This document shows positions 29,322 to 39,240 of a stretch of DNA of 64,000 nucleotides, one piece after another. The notes under the pieces were generated by a model. That model worked only from the letters and a program-made list of their open reading frames with translations. It was not told where the DNA came from and searched no databases. The DNA is from Candidatus Lustribacter sp. (GTDB lineage: Bacteria > Vulcanimicrobiota > Vulcanimicrobiia > Vulcanimicrobiales > Vulcanimicrobiaceae), in assembly GCA_965277805.1 (NCBI GenBank), contig OZ255842.1, positions 1,088,001-1,152,000 of the forward strand, in the 5' to 3' direction. Position 1 is the stretch's first letter; each line of letters begins with the position of its first letter. Both the position numbers and the translations under genes were made by a program.

Positions 29322-30445
29322 CGGGCGGAATCCAGCTGCAGCTCTTCATCGGCCCGGCGGTGCCGCTCGCCGTGCCCGAGGTGGTGCTCGACGCGCTCGA
29401 GAGCGTCGAAGTCACCGCGAAGGCGATCGGCACGAGCGGTTTCAAGCTCAACTTCAACATCGACGTGAACTCGCCGCTGCAGACGCTGTTTCTGGTAGGC
29501 GGGGGCGCCTCGATTCCGCTCTTGCGCATCGTCGTCGCGGTGACGTTCAACGGTTCGCAGACGGTGCTGATCGACGGCGTGATGACCGATCACCACGTCG
29601 GCACCGACGTCAAGAACGGCAAGACCACGCTCACGCTGATCGGTGAAGACCTGACCCGCGTGATGGACTACCTCGACTTGTCCGGCATCCCGCTTCCCTG
29701 CATGCCGGCCGAAGCGCAAGTGCTGCTGCAACTCGCACCGTACGCCGTGCTCGGCGTCGTGCCGATGGTGATCCCGAGCGTGCTGGTCGACATCCCGATA
29801 CCGATCGACCGCATCCCGCGCACGAAGGGCACCTCGCTCGGGCACATCCGCCGGCTCGCCGACCAATGCGGTTACGTGTTCTACATCGATCCCGGTCCGT
29901 CGGTCGGCATGAGCACCGCCTACTGGGGGCCGCAAATCAAATGGGGCCCGGTGCAGCCGGCGCTCGGAATCGACGCCGACGCGTCGACGAACGTCGAGCA
30001 ATTGCAATTCACCTTCGACAACGATCACAACGTGCTGCCGATCGTGATCATTCAGGAGCCCATGACCAAGATTCCGATTCCCATTCCCGTCGGCGCGATC
30101 TCGCCGCTCAATCCCCCGCTGGGTGCGATCCCTTCGATTCCGAAGAAGATCGCGGTTTCCACGATGGCGGCGAAGTGGTCGGCAATGCGAGCCGCGCTCA
30201 TCGCGATGGCGAAGGCCTCGCAAGCCGCCGATTGCGTGAAGGCCACCGGGACGCTCGATGTCTTGCGCTACGGCAGCTTGCTGATGCCGCGCAAGCTGGT
30301 CGGCGTGCGCGGCGCCGGCACCGCGTTCGATGGCCTCTACTACGTGAACGCGGTGACGCACAGCTTCAAGCGGGGTGAGTACAAGCAGAGCTTCGAGCTG
30401 ACGCGCAACGGGCTCGTGTCGACGGTTTCGAGCGTGCCGGCATGA
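29318..30445 (+). CDS. Baseplate hub protein (gp27/late-control-D-like)
   Basis: LIDGV, LIGEDLT..MD, YVFYIDPGP, GTLDVLRYG..L, DGLYYV..VTH, YKQSFELTRNG. Confidence 0.85.
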   Translation: MTGGIQLQLFIGPAVPLAVPEVVLDALESVEVTAKAIGTSGFKLNFNIDVNSPLQTLFLVGGGASIPLLRIVVAVTFNGSQTVLIDGVMTDHHVGTDVKNGKTTLTLIGEDLTRVMDYLDLSGIPLPCMPAEAQVLLQLAPYAVLGVVPMVIPSVLVDIPIPIDRIPRTKGTSLGHIRRLADQCGYVFYIDPGPSVGMSTAYWGPQIKWGPVQPALGIDADASTNVEQLQFTFDNDHNVLPIVIIQEPMTKIPIPIPVGAISPLNPPLGAIPSIPKKIAVSTMAAKWSAMRAALIAMAKASQAADCVKATGTLDVLRYGSLLMPRKLVGVRGAGTAFDGLYYVNAVTHSFKRGEYKQSFELTRNGLVSTVSSVPA

Positions 30446-31005
30446 CGGCCATGGCAACCGGCGGCGACCAAAGCCTCGACTCGCAAGCCGGCAACGAGTC
30501 GCAGCGTTTTTACGGAAAATACCGTGCGGTCTGCATCAACAACGTCGATCCGATGCAGATCGGCCGCATTCAGGTCATCGTGCCGGACGTCTCGACCGTG
30601 TTGCCCAGCTCATGGGCGCTGCCGTGCTTTCCCACCGGCGGAATTCAAATGGGGATCGTGAGCGTCCCGGTTGTGGGCGCCGGCGTGTGGGTCGAATTCG
30701 AGCAGGGCGATCCCGACTATCCGATCTGGGTCGGCTGTTACTACGGCGAGGCCGCGGAGGTGCCGCTGCTCTCGCACCTCGCACCGCCGGAAGTCCCGGC
30801 CATCACGCTGCAGACGGCACTGCAGAACGGCATCATCATCAGCGACGTGCCCGGCCCGACGGGCGGGATCATGCTCAAGAGCGCGCTCGGCGCGACCTTG
30901 ATCGTCAACGACACCGGGATCTACATCCAAAACGGGAAGGGCGCGATGATCACGCTGGTCGGTCCGACCATCGTGATGAACGAAGGCGCGCTGACGGTGA
31001 TGTAA
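30442..31005 (+). CDS. Spike / baseplate assembly protein V (gp5 OB-fold)
   Basis: FYGKYRA..NVDP..GRIQV.VPDV, WALPC, VWVEFEQGDPDYPIWVG. Confidence 0.92.
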   Translation: MTAMATGGDQSLDSQAGNESQRFYGKYRAVCINNVDPMQIGRIQVIVPDVSTVLPSSWALPCFPTGGIQMGIVSVPVVGAGVWVEFEQGDPDYPIWVGCYYGEAAEVPLLSHLAPPEVPAITLQTALQNGIIISDVPGPTGGIMLKSALGATLIVNDTGIYIQNGKGAMITLVGPTIVMNEGALTVM

Positions 31006-31006
31006 C

Positions 31007-31339
31007 GTGCCTGGACCGCTGTATAACGTCGGTGCGGTGTGCATGTGCCCGCACGGCGGCATGGTGACCGCGATTTCCTCGGACACGCGCGTGTTCGTTA
31101 CCGGCATGCCCGTCGCGACGATGGCCGATCAGTTTCTCGTTGCCGGTTGCGTCTTCAACATCGCCGGAGCGCCGACGCCGTGCCTACGCGTTCAGTGGCT
31201 CACCAGCGCGACGCGCGTGCTCGTGAACGGCGTTCCCCCGATCACCGCGTTGAGCACGGGGCTCTCGATGCTGGTGACGGGTGCGCCGGCCGGTCCGCCG
31301 ATCATCGTCCAAACGCAACCGCGGGTCTCGGCGTTATGA
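31007..31339 (+). CDS. PAAR-like spike tip (DUF4280-like)
   Basis: CPHGG, VAGC, PC..VQW, RVLVNG.P. Confidence 0.8.
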   Translation: MPGPLYNVGAVCMCPHGGMVTAISSDTRVFVTGMPVATMADQFLVAGCVFNIAGAPTPCLRVQWLTSATRVLVNGVPPITALSTGLSMLVTGAPAGPPIIVQTQPRVSAL

Positions 31340-31713
31340 TCGGCGTCGCCGGCACGGCACCGATCGCGTCGCCCTACGGCATCGACGGACGGGGTCGCAC
31401 GGCCGAAACGACGCCTGATCAGCACATTCAAGATCTGATCGGCATGGTGCTGTTCACGGCGCCCGGACAGCGCGTGATGCGCCCGACGTTCGGCAGCGGC
31501 GTGCTCGGTCTCGTTTTCGCACCGACCGACGATTCCGTGGCGGCCACGACGCAGCTGCTGATTTCGAGCGCGTTGCAAACCTGGCTCGGAGCCTTGATCC
31601 AGCTCGGCGACGTGACGGTCACGAGCGAGGACTCGACGCTCTCGATCTCCGTGTCGTACACGATTCGCAGCTCCGGCACGCCGGCCGTCGCCACGTACAC
31701 GTACAGCCAATGA
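31336..31713 (+). CDS. GPW/gp25 baseplate protein
   Basis: ATGA overlap; GRGRTA, LFTAPGQRVMRPTFGSG. Confidence 0.9.
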   Translation: MIGVAGTAPIASPYGIDGRGRTAETTPDQHIQDLIGMVLFTAPGQRVMRPTFGSGVLGLVFAPTDDSVAATTQLLISSALQTWLGALIQLGDVTVTSEDSTLSISVSYTIRSSGTPAVATYTYSQ

Positions 31714-34211
31714 CGGCGACGCTAACGACCCCGCGCGACGACCGGCTCGCCCTCGTGCGCGAAGCGCGCGCCGATTCCGCGCTGACGCCGATCAACGGCA
31801 TCGACTTCATCGAGGTCGATCCGGCCGATGAAGGCACGCTCTTCGTCACCTTCGTGTACGACGTCGACACGACCGTCGATCCGCCGCTCGCGAGCGCGGT
31901 CGGAGCGCCGTTGGCGGCCGCGCAATTCAGCGTGCAGGGCGGCGAACGCATCACGCCCGTGACGGTTGCCTCGATCGGCCGCATCGCGAGCAACCAGCTA
32001 GCGGTGGTGGTCAAACCGGTCGGCGACTTCTCGATCTACACGCTGCAAATCGGCACGGCCGATAGCACGCCTGCGGGCTTCGATCCGATGCTGTGCAGCG
32101 CGCAATTCATCTTCCATGTCGAGTGCGCGAAGCGTTTCGATTGCAAGATCACGCCCGTCTGTCCGCCCGAGGTGGTGCCGGCGCCGCCGATCGATTACCT
32201 GGCGAAAGATTATCCGGCCTTCGTCGGCGTCATGCTCGACCGCTTGTCGCTGCTCGCACCGGCCTGGATGGAACGCAACGCCGCGGATCTCGGCGTGGCC
32301 GTGGTCGAGGTGCTGGCCTACGTGGCCGATCAGCTCAGCTACCGTCACGACGTCGTCGGTACCGAAGCCTACCTTCCGACGGCGCGCTTGCGCACGTCGG
32401 TGCGCCGGCATGCGCGTCTCGTTGACTACCGCATCAACGACGGTTCCAACGCGCGCGCGTGGCTCGCGCTCACGCTCGACAACGATCTCGTCACCGGTGT
32501 GCCGGCCGGCACGCGCTGCTGCACGGGATTCGACGGCGCGAGCGCACCCGATCTCTTCGCGACCACGGCGAGCTACGTTGCCGCTATAAATGCCGGCGCG
32601 CAGTTCTTCGAAGTGCTGGCCGATACGTATTCGGCGAGTGCACCGCCGCAGCCGGCGCCCCGCGCGCTCTATGCCGGCAACAATCTGATGCCGCTCTATA
32701 GCTGGAGCGCGCATGAAGTGTGCCTGCCACCCGGAACGACGGCCGCGACGCTCGACGGATCTTTCGATCTCAAGCGTGGCGACATCGTCCTGTTCGCGGA
32801 GGTGCTGGGTCCGGTCACCGGTGTGGCGGCCGACGCGAATCCCGCCAACCGCTGCGTCGCGCGGCTGATCGCCGATGCCGAACACGGCTACGATCCGCTC
32901 TACGGCACCGCCCGGCCGATCACGCGCATCACGTGGCATGCCGACGACGCGCTGCCGTTTCCGTTCTGCGTGTCGGCGCGAACGGAGGGCGGCGCGTTCA
33001 TCACCGGCGTGAGCGCCGCCTACGGCAACGTCATCCTGGCCGATCACGGCCGCACGCTCGGAGCCCCGCTTGAAACGATGCCGGAAGTCCTGCTGCCTGC
33101 GCCGGCCGACGCGCGCTTCCGGCCACAGCTCTCGGAGCCCGGGATGACGTTTGCCGCGGCAAATCCGGCCGTCACCGCAAGCGCAAGCGCGCTGCCGTCG
33201 GCGGCCGCGTTCGGCACGTGGACGCCGGCCGATACGCTGCCGCAAGTCACGGTCGAAAGCACCGATGCCGATCACAACACGTTCACCTGGTCGGCGGCCG
33301 GGGATCTGCTGGACGCCGTTCCGGCGACGCACGCGTTCGTCACCGAGGTCGAAAACGACGGCAGCGCCTTCTTGCGCTTTGGCGACGGCACGAATGGTGC
33401 TGCGCCGACCGGTGAGATGACGTTTTCCGCACGCTACCGCATCGGTAACGGAACGAGCGGCAACGTCGGGCGCGACACGATCGTGCTGATCGATCGCAGC
33501 TTCCCCGGCGGCGGGTTCGTCGCCGCGGTCACCAATCCGCTGCCCGCCGCCGGCGGCGCCGATCCCGAAACGAACGAACACGTGCGGCAAAACGCACCGG
33601 ACGCGTTTCGCACGCAGCAGCGCTGCGTGACGGCAGCCGACTACGCGGCGCAAGCGATGAAGATGCCGGGCGTGACGCGCGCGGCCGGGACGTTTCGCTG
33701 GACCGGCAGCTGGCAGACGATGTTCGTGACGATCGAGCGCGATCAGAACCTGCCGCTCGATGCGAACTTCAAGAACGAAGTCGAGGCGTATCTCGACGTC
33801 TACCGCATGGCGGGCGTCGATCTCGAGGTCGAGGACGCCGTGCGCGTGCCCCTGCACGTCGCGTTGCACGTATGCGTGCAGCCCGGCTACGTGGCAGCCG
33901 ATGTCGAGGCTGCGCTGCTAACGGTATTCACCAGCGGCGTTCAGCCAAGCGGCGCGCCCGGCATGTTCAACGTGCAGTACTTCACGATGGGTGCGCCCTA
34001 TTATCTGAGCCCACTGGTCGCGGCCGCGCAGAACGTCGACGGCGTCCAAAGCGTGCGCGTCGACGCCTTCGAGCGCGAAGCGCAGCCGGGCGGCGACGGC
34101 GTGAGCACGGGGGTGCTCACGCCCGACCGTTTGGAGTTCTTCGAGCTGGCGAACGATCCGAATTATCCCGAGCGCGGTTACTTCGAGCTCTCGGTGGACG
34201 GCGGCCTATGA
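31710..34211 (+). CDS. Baseplate J-like protein 1 (Afp11-like)
   Basis: IDYLAKDY, LAYVADQLSY, TEAYL.TAR.R.SV.RHARLVDY, LRFGDG, YRIGNG..GNV, RCVTAADY, WTGSW. Confidence 0.92.
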   Translation: MTATLTTPRDDRLALVREARADSALTPINGIDFIEVDPADEGTLFVTFVYDVDTTVDPPLASAVGAPLAAAQFSVQGGERITPVTVASIGRIASNQLAVVVKPVGDFSIYTLQIGTADSTPAGFDPMLCSAQFIFHVECAKRFDCKITPVCPPEVVPAPPIDYLAKDYPAFVGVMLDRLSLLAPAWMERNAADLGVAVVEVLAYVADQLSYRHDVVGTEAYLPTARLRTSVRRHARLVDYRINDGSNARAWLALTLDNDLVTGVPAGTRCCTGFDGASAPDLFATTASYVAAINAGAQFFEVLADTYSASAPPQPAPRALYAGNNLMPLYSWSAHEVCLPPGTTAATLDGSFDLKRGDIVLFAEVLGPVTGVAADANPANRCVARLIADAEHGYDPLYGTARPITRITWHADDALPFPFCVSARTEGGAFITGVSAAYGNVILADHGRTLGAPLETMPEVLLPAPADARFRPQLSEPGMTFAAANPAVTASASALPSAAAFGTWTPADTLPQVTVESTDADHNTFTWSAAGDLLDAVPATHAFVTEVENDGSAFLRFGDGTNGAAPTGEMTFSARYRIGNGTSGNVGRDTIVLIDRSFPGGGFVAAVTNPLPAAGGADPETNEHVRQNAPDAFRTQQRCVTAADYAAQAMKMPGVTRAAGTFRWTGSWQTMFVTIERDQNLPLDANFKNEVEAYLDVYRMAGVDLEVEDAVRVPLHVALHVCVQPGYVAADVEAALLTVFTSGVQPSGAPGMFNVQYFTMGAPYYLSPLVAAAQNVDGVQSVRVDAFEREAQPGGDGVSTGVLTPDRLEFFELANDPNYPERGYFELSVDGGL

Positions 34212-37015
34212 ACGATACGGCACCCTGCGGCTGCTGCGAGGGGATCTCGATGCAGACGCCGGCGGTCATCGGCAACCGGCCGGGATTGACGCAGATCGCG
34301 TACCGCGCCGGAACGTGGTCGCAGTTCAAATCGAGCATGCTCGACGCGCTTTCGAAATACGCGCAGCTGGCCGGCTTGCGCACGCGCGACGACGACGACT
34401 TCACGATCGCGTTGTGCGATGCGTTCGCGGTCGTCTGCGATATCTTGACGTTTTATTACGAGCGCAGCGCCAACGAGCACTACTTGCGCACGGCGACGGA
34501 GCAGCTGTCGGTGACGGAACTGGCGGCGTTGATCGGCTATCAGCCCGCACCCGGCGTGGCCGCGAGCGCGGCGCTCGCGTTCATCCTCGAAGCGCAGCCG
34601 CCCGTGGTGCCGCAGAAGACACCGGCTCCGCAGCCGGCGCTGGTGCCCTCCGTGGTCACGCTTGCGAGCGGACTGCAAGTGCAGAGCGTGCCCGGACCGG
34701 GCCAGCAGCCGGTGACGTTTGAAACCGTCGCGCCGATCACGGCCCGCTACGATTGGAATGCGCTCACGCCGCAGCAGTCGGTGCCGTATGCGGCCGATCC
34801 GGCGAATTGCTATCCCGCCTATCTGCGGCTGACCGGACTGCTCGGCACGATTCAAGTCGGCGACTACATGCTGATCGTGGTTACGGCGGGCGGTACGGTG
34901 TCGACCGGACTCAATCGCGTCGCCGGCGTTACGCCCGACAGCACCTCGCAAACCACGCTGGTCAGGTTCGAGACGACAGCCTCGACCATCGCTGCGCCGC
35001 TCCTCGCGACTGCGCCCCATGCCGCGACGGCGCCGTTGAGCGGAACGTTGACCGCCGCGTCGCTCGGGCCGCAGGTGCTCGACGTCGAGTGGGCCGATCA
35101 GGGCGCGTTCGTCGCCCAAGCGCAGAAGTTGCAATGGGACGTCGATCTGTTGCAAGACGTCATCGATGGGCTCACGTCGAGCGCCGCGGCACCGCCGATC
35201 CAAGTCGTTCGCCTCGGCGTGCGCGCGTCGATCTTCGGGCACAACGCGCCTGCGTACGCCACGCTGCCGTCGTACACGCTTTTGAGTAAGCAATCGTTCC
35301 CGGCCGACTGGGAGAACGAAACGGTCGCGCAGTTGAGCGAAGACCTTTCGCCGAGCCCGCTGCTGAAATTCGAGCGCGCCGACGTGCACGCCGGCGCCGG
35401 TGGCGCGGGCCCGAGTATCGAGAAGACCGCGGTCGCAACGCCGCTCGCTGCTTCCGCGAACAACGTCTTCCTGGATGCGACGTATGCGGCGCTCGTCGCC
35501 GGCACGTGGGTCGTGCTGCTGCAAACCGGCACGCCGTTTCTCTCCGCCACGGTGACGTCGGCCGCCACGACGAGCGTCGCGCGTTTTCTGCTCTCTGCCA
35601 CCGTGTCGGTTCTGACGCTTGCCGGCAGCCCGGATCTGAGCTCGTATCTGATGCGAACGACCGCCGTCTTCGGGCAGACCGACGTCTTCACACCGGCGCA
35701 AGAATTTCTCAGCGGCACCACGATCGGCGGATCCGTGATCACGCTCGATTCGGCGCAGCTCTGGCTGCAGGTGGGCCAAGACGTGATCGTCAGCGGAACT
35801 TCCGCCACGAAAACCGGCCAGACCAGCACCGAGCAGAACACGATCTACGCGCTCGGCTTGGTCAACGGGTGCACGCAGATCACGCTTGCGTCCGCCCTCC
35901 AAGACACTTACGTGTGGAACACGGTCACGATCAACGCGAACGTGGCGCCGGCGACGCACGGGGCGAGCAAGAGCCAGATTCTCGGCAGCGGCGACGGCAC
36001 GCAAGCCTTCCAGCGCTTTGCCCTCAATCAGTTGCCGGTGACCTACGTGAGCGCGAATACGCCGACGACGACCGCTTCGACGCTCGCGGTGCGAGTGAAC
36101 GGCGCGCTTTGGACCGAAGTGCCGTACTTCTCGGGCAGCTTGCCGACGGATCGCGTCTTCGTGACGAACCTCGACACCAACGGCAACCGCTACGTGCAGT
36201 TCGGTGACGGCGTGCAGGGCGCGCGTTTGCCGACCGGCCAGAATAACGTCGTCGCGACGTACCGTCAGGGACTGGGCAGCGCGGGCAACGTCGCGCCCAA
36301 CCAGCTCAGTACGCTCTTGACGCGACCGCTCGGCCTGCGCAGCGTGCTCAATCCTCTGGCAGCGAACGGTGGCGGTGACTCGCAAACATTGGCCGACGCG
36401 CGCAGTTCGGCGCCGATCACGGTACGCGCCCTCGGTCGCATCGTCTCGCTCGACGACTTCGCCGATTTCACGAGCGCGACGGCCGCGGTCGCGAAGGCAA
36501 GCGCCGTCTGGGCGTGGGACGGCGCGCGCCAAGTCGTGTGCATCACCGTGGCCGGCCCCGGCGGCGTTGCGCTCGTGCCCGGGTCGCAAGCGTACAAAAA
36601 TCTGCTCGCCGCAATCATGGCGGCCGGCGACGGCACTGTTCCGGTGATGCTCGCCTCGTACACGCCGCGTACGTTCACCGTCGGCGCGACGCTGACCATC
36701 GATCCGGCGCTCGACCCCGATGCCGTCACTGCAGCTGCGAAGCAAGCACTGCAAGCGGCCTTTGCGTTCGGCGTACGCGCGTTCATGCAGCCGGTCTATC
36801 AAAGCGAAATCGTTGCGGTGTTGCAAGCGGTGACGGGCGTCGTGTCGCTCACGATCGATTCGTTCGCCTTCAGCGACGGTTCGGGGGTGGAATACGACGG
36901 CTCGGCGCAACAGGCGCTCGTTGCCGGCCCGCCGGTTATCGTCGCCGGCGCGCTCACCGGCGCGGAACTACTCACGATCGACGGCGGACCGCTGCCCAAC
37001 GTGGTGCACGCATGA
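34208..37015 (+). CDS. Baseplate J-like protein 2
   Basis: ATG at 34208 (MNDTAPCGCCEG); NRPGL..IAYR.G, DILTFY.ER.ANE.YLRTA, VQFGDGVQGARLPTG, RIVSLDDF. Confidence 0.92.
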   Translation: MNDTAPCGCCEGISMQTPAVIGNRPGLTQIAYRAGTWSQFKSSMLDALSKYAQLAGLRTRDDDDFTIALCDAFAVVCDILTFYYERSANEHYLRTATEQLSVTELAALIGYQPAPGVAASAALAFILEAQPPVVPQKTPAPQPALVPSVVTLASGLQVQSVPGPGQQPVTFETVAPITARYDWNALTPQQSVPYAADPANCYPAYLRLTGLLGTIQVGDYMLIVVTAGGTVSTGLNRVAGVTPDSTSQTTLVRFETTASTIAAPLLATAPHAATAPLSGTLTAASLGPQVLDVEWADQGAFVAQAQKLQWDVDLLQDVIDGLTSSAAAPPIQVVRLGVRASIFGHNAPAYATLPSYTLLSKQSFPADWENETVAQLSEDLSPSPLLKFERADVHAGAGGAGPSIEKTAVATPLAASANNVFLDATYAALVAGTWVVLLQTGTPFLSATVTSAATTSVARFLLSATVSVLTLAGSPDLSSYLMRTTAVFGQTDVFTPAQEFLSGTTIGGSVITLDSAQLWLQVGQDVIVSGTSATKTGQTSTEQNTIYALGLVNGCTQITLASALQDTYVWNTVTINANVAPATHGASKSQILGSGDGTQAFQRFALNQLPVTYVSANTPTTTASTLAVRVNGALWTEVPYFSGSLPTDRVFVTNLDTNGNRYVQFGDGVQGARLPTGQNNVVATYRQGLGSAGNVAPNQLSTLLTRPLGLRSVLNPLAANGGGDSQTLADARSSAPITVRALGRIVSLDDFADFTSATAAVAKASAVWAWDGARQVVCITVAGPGGVALVPGSQAYKNLLAAIMAAGDGTVPVMLASYTPRTFTVGATLTIDPALDPDAVTAAAKQALQAAFAFGVRAFMQPVYQSEIVAVLQAVTGVVSLTIDSFAFSDGSGVEYDGSAQQALVAGPPVIVAGALTGAELLTIDGGPLPNVVHA

Positions 37016-39216
37016 AAACATTCGATGCGGACATCATCTATCAGCTGCTGCCGCCGGCCGTGCGCATGCGCGACGTCACGCCCTCGGGAACGCCGGGGCC
37101 GTTGTATGCGCTGATCGAGGTGATCGCGGCGCAGGCGAACATCGTCGACGACAATCTCTACCAGCTCTACGACGATCTCTTCATCGAAACGTGCGCGCCG
37201 TGGGTGATCCCCTATATCGGCGATCTCATCGGCTACCGGCCGCTACGGGCCATTCCGCCGGACGACGCCACCGCACGTTCGGACGTCGCCGATACGATCG
37301 GGATGCGCCGCCGCAAGGGAACCTTGGTCGCGCTCGATCAGCTCGCGACCGACGTGCTCGGCCGTCCGGCGGTGGCGGTCGAGTTCTTCGAGCGGCTTGC
37401 CGTTTCGCAATACGTGCGCAATCACGTGCGCCCGCAAAACGCGATCGTCGACGTGCACGGTTACCAAACCGCGATCGACATCAACACGGCGTTCGACCTC
37501 GCGCCGCGTTCGGCCGACGTGCGCCGCATTCGATCCGGCGGCGGCCGCTACAACATCCCCAACATCGGGCTGTTCGTCTGGCGCCTCGCGGCTTACGGCG
37601 GGGCCTCGCTCGGACTGGGACCCGTTACCGTGCCGATGACGAACGCGCTGATCGCGAGCACGGCGCGTGAAGTGGGACCCAACCGCTACACCTTCGATCC
37701 GTTCGGTGACGACGTTGCCCTGGTGAATCCACCGCTGACGCCGGCCGAGTTTACGCTGCCGGTCCGGCAGAACGTACCCTATCCGCTACGGCGTTATCCG
37801 CTCTTCGACGAACTTGCGGAACTGCGCGCCGGCACCGTAACGCCGGACGACGCCGCGTATTTCGGGCTGAATCCGGTGTTCGCCGTCTACGACGTAACCG
37901 GTGCCGCGATCGCGCCGCAGCACCTCGCCGTGTGCGACCTCGATGAATGGGCGCCGTCGACGGATGCCGGCGTGTGGGTGACCGTCGATCCCGAGCGGGG
38001 GCGCCTGGTCTGCAATCCCGCGGCGTTCTCCGTGCCGCCGGCACTGCGCGTCGCCTATGCGTATGCGTTCAGCGGCGATTATGGTGCCGGAACGTACGAA
38101 CAGCCGCGCGATGCCGGCGAAGGCGACGCGACCACGCTGGTCGCCGATCTTGCCGCGGCGACGCCGGCGGCATGGGTGGCCGGAATCGTCGAGATCGGCG
38201 ATAGCGGGCTCTACATGGGTGACGTCACGCTGACCCCCGGAGCGCAAGCGCTCATCGTTCGGGCTGAAGACGACGCGCGGCCGGTGATCGCGGGAAACGT
38301 GACGATCGTTGCGGTTCCGGGCGGCAATGTGACGCTGCGCGGCCTCGGCATCGGCGGCACGCTCACGATCGCCGGCGAACCGGCCGTCGCGACGCAGAGC
38401 AGTACCTCGAGCGCGAGTTCGAGCACGTTGGGCGGGACGCCGGCCGATGCGGGCGACCCGTCGTTCACGCTGACGCTCGAGTACTGCACGCTGCGCAGCG
38501 CGCTGCACTGGACCTACGGAGGCGGCGGCAACCTCACGATCGCGTTTTCGCTGTGCGCTCCGTTGCTGGTCGATCCGGCCGTGGTGATAGCGGTGAACGA
38601 CAGCGTCGTCGATGCGGGTTTCCCCGTCGCTACCGGTGCGGGTAGCAGCATCTCGAGCAGTTCCGGTAATGCCGCCGATCCGTTCGCTGCGATCGCCGGT
38701 CCGGACGCAGCGAGCGCCTGCGGCGACCTGACGCTGACGGCATGCACGGTGTTCGGCGACATTTCGGCGCGCGAAACGGTGCTGATCGAGAACAGCATCA
38801 TCACCGGCAACGTCGTCGCCGCGCGCACGCAGTCGGGCTGCATCCGCTACAGTTATCTCACCCCGAACGCGAACGTGCCGCCGCGCTTCCGCTGTCAGCC
38901 CGATCTCGCCATCGCGGCCGCGCTGACCGCGGCGCAAGCTGCCGATCCGGGATTGAACGCTGCCGCGGCGGCAGCGATTACCACCGCGATCGAAGGCTGG
39001 CTCGTGCCCGCGTTCACGAGCCGCCGCAAATCTGATGCCGGCTATGCGCAGCTCGCCGATTCTTGCCCGCTCGAGATTCGCACCGGCGCCGAGAGTGAGG
39101 ATGAGATGGGCGTCTTTCACGCGCTCTATTGGCCGCGCCGCGAAAACAACTTGTACTACCGGTTCGATGAGTATCTGCGCGTCGGTCTGCAGGCGGGAAT
39201 CATCCATGCCAGTTGA
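37012..39216 (+). CDS. Baseplate wedge protein (tail P2-I/Afp12-like N-terminus)
   Basis: ATG at 37012; YQLLP...D, YDDLFIETCAPWVIPYIGDLIG, RRRKGT, VDPERGR, EMGVF. Confidence 0.88.
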   Translation: MKTFDADIIYQLLPPAVRMRDVTPSGTPGPLYALIEVIAAQANIVDDNLYQLYDDLFIETCAPWVIPYIGDLIGYRPLRAIPPDDATARSDVADTIGMRRRKGTLVALDQLATDVLGRPAVAVEFFERLAVSQYVRNHVRPQNAIVDVHGYQTAIDINTAFDLAPRSADVRRIRSGGGRYNIPNIGLFVWRLAAYGGASLGLGPVTVPMTNALIASTAREVGPNRYTFDPFGDDVALVNPPLTPAEFTLPVRQNVPYPLRRYPLFDELAELRAGTVTPDDAAYFGLNPVFAVYDVTGAAIAPQHLAVCDLDEWAPSTDAGVWVTVDPERGRLVCNPAAFSVPPALRVAYAYAFSGDYGAGTYEQPRDAGEGDATTLVADLAAATPAAWVAGIVEIGDSGLYMGDVTLTPGAQALIVRAEDDARPVIAGNVTIVAVPGGNVTLRGLGIGGTLTIAGEPAVATQSSTSSASSSTLGGTPADAGDPSFTLTLEYCTLRSALHWTYGGGGNLTIAFSLCAPLLVDPAVVIAVNDSVVDAGFPVATGAGSSISSSSGNAADPFAAIAGPDAASACGDLTLTACTVFGDISARETVLIENSIITGNVVAARTQSGCIRYSYLTPNANVPPRFRCQPDLAIAAALTAAQAADPGLNAAAAAAITTAIEGWLVPAFTSRRKSDAGYAQLADSCPLEIRTGAESEDEMGVFHALYWPRRENNLYYRFDEYLRVGLQAGIIHAS

Positions 39217-39240
39217 CGGCGCCGCCCGGGAGCAGGGAAC

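Noticed and set aside
18904-39216. Long N-terminal extensions on ORF-track calls (18904, 20145, 24092, 28034, 28719, 31039, 33872, 36514)
   Set aside because: They are Arg-rich alternative-frame reads overlapping the upstream gene; internal starts with stop/start overlaps or short gaps fit better.
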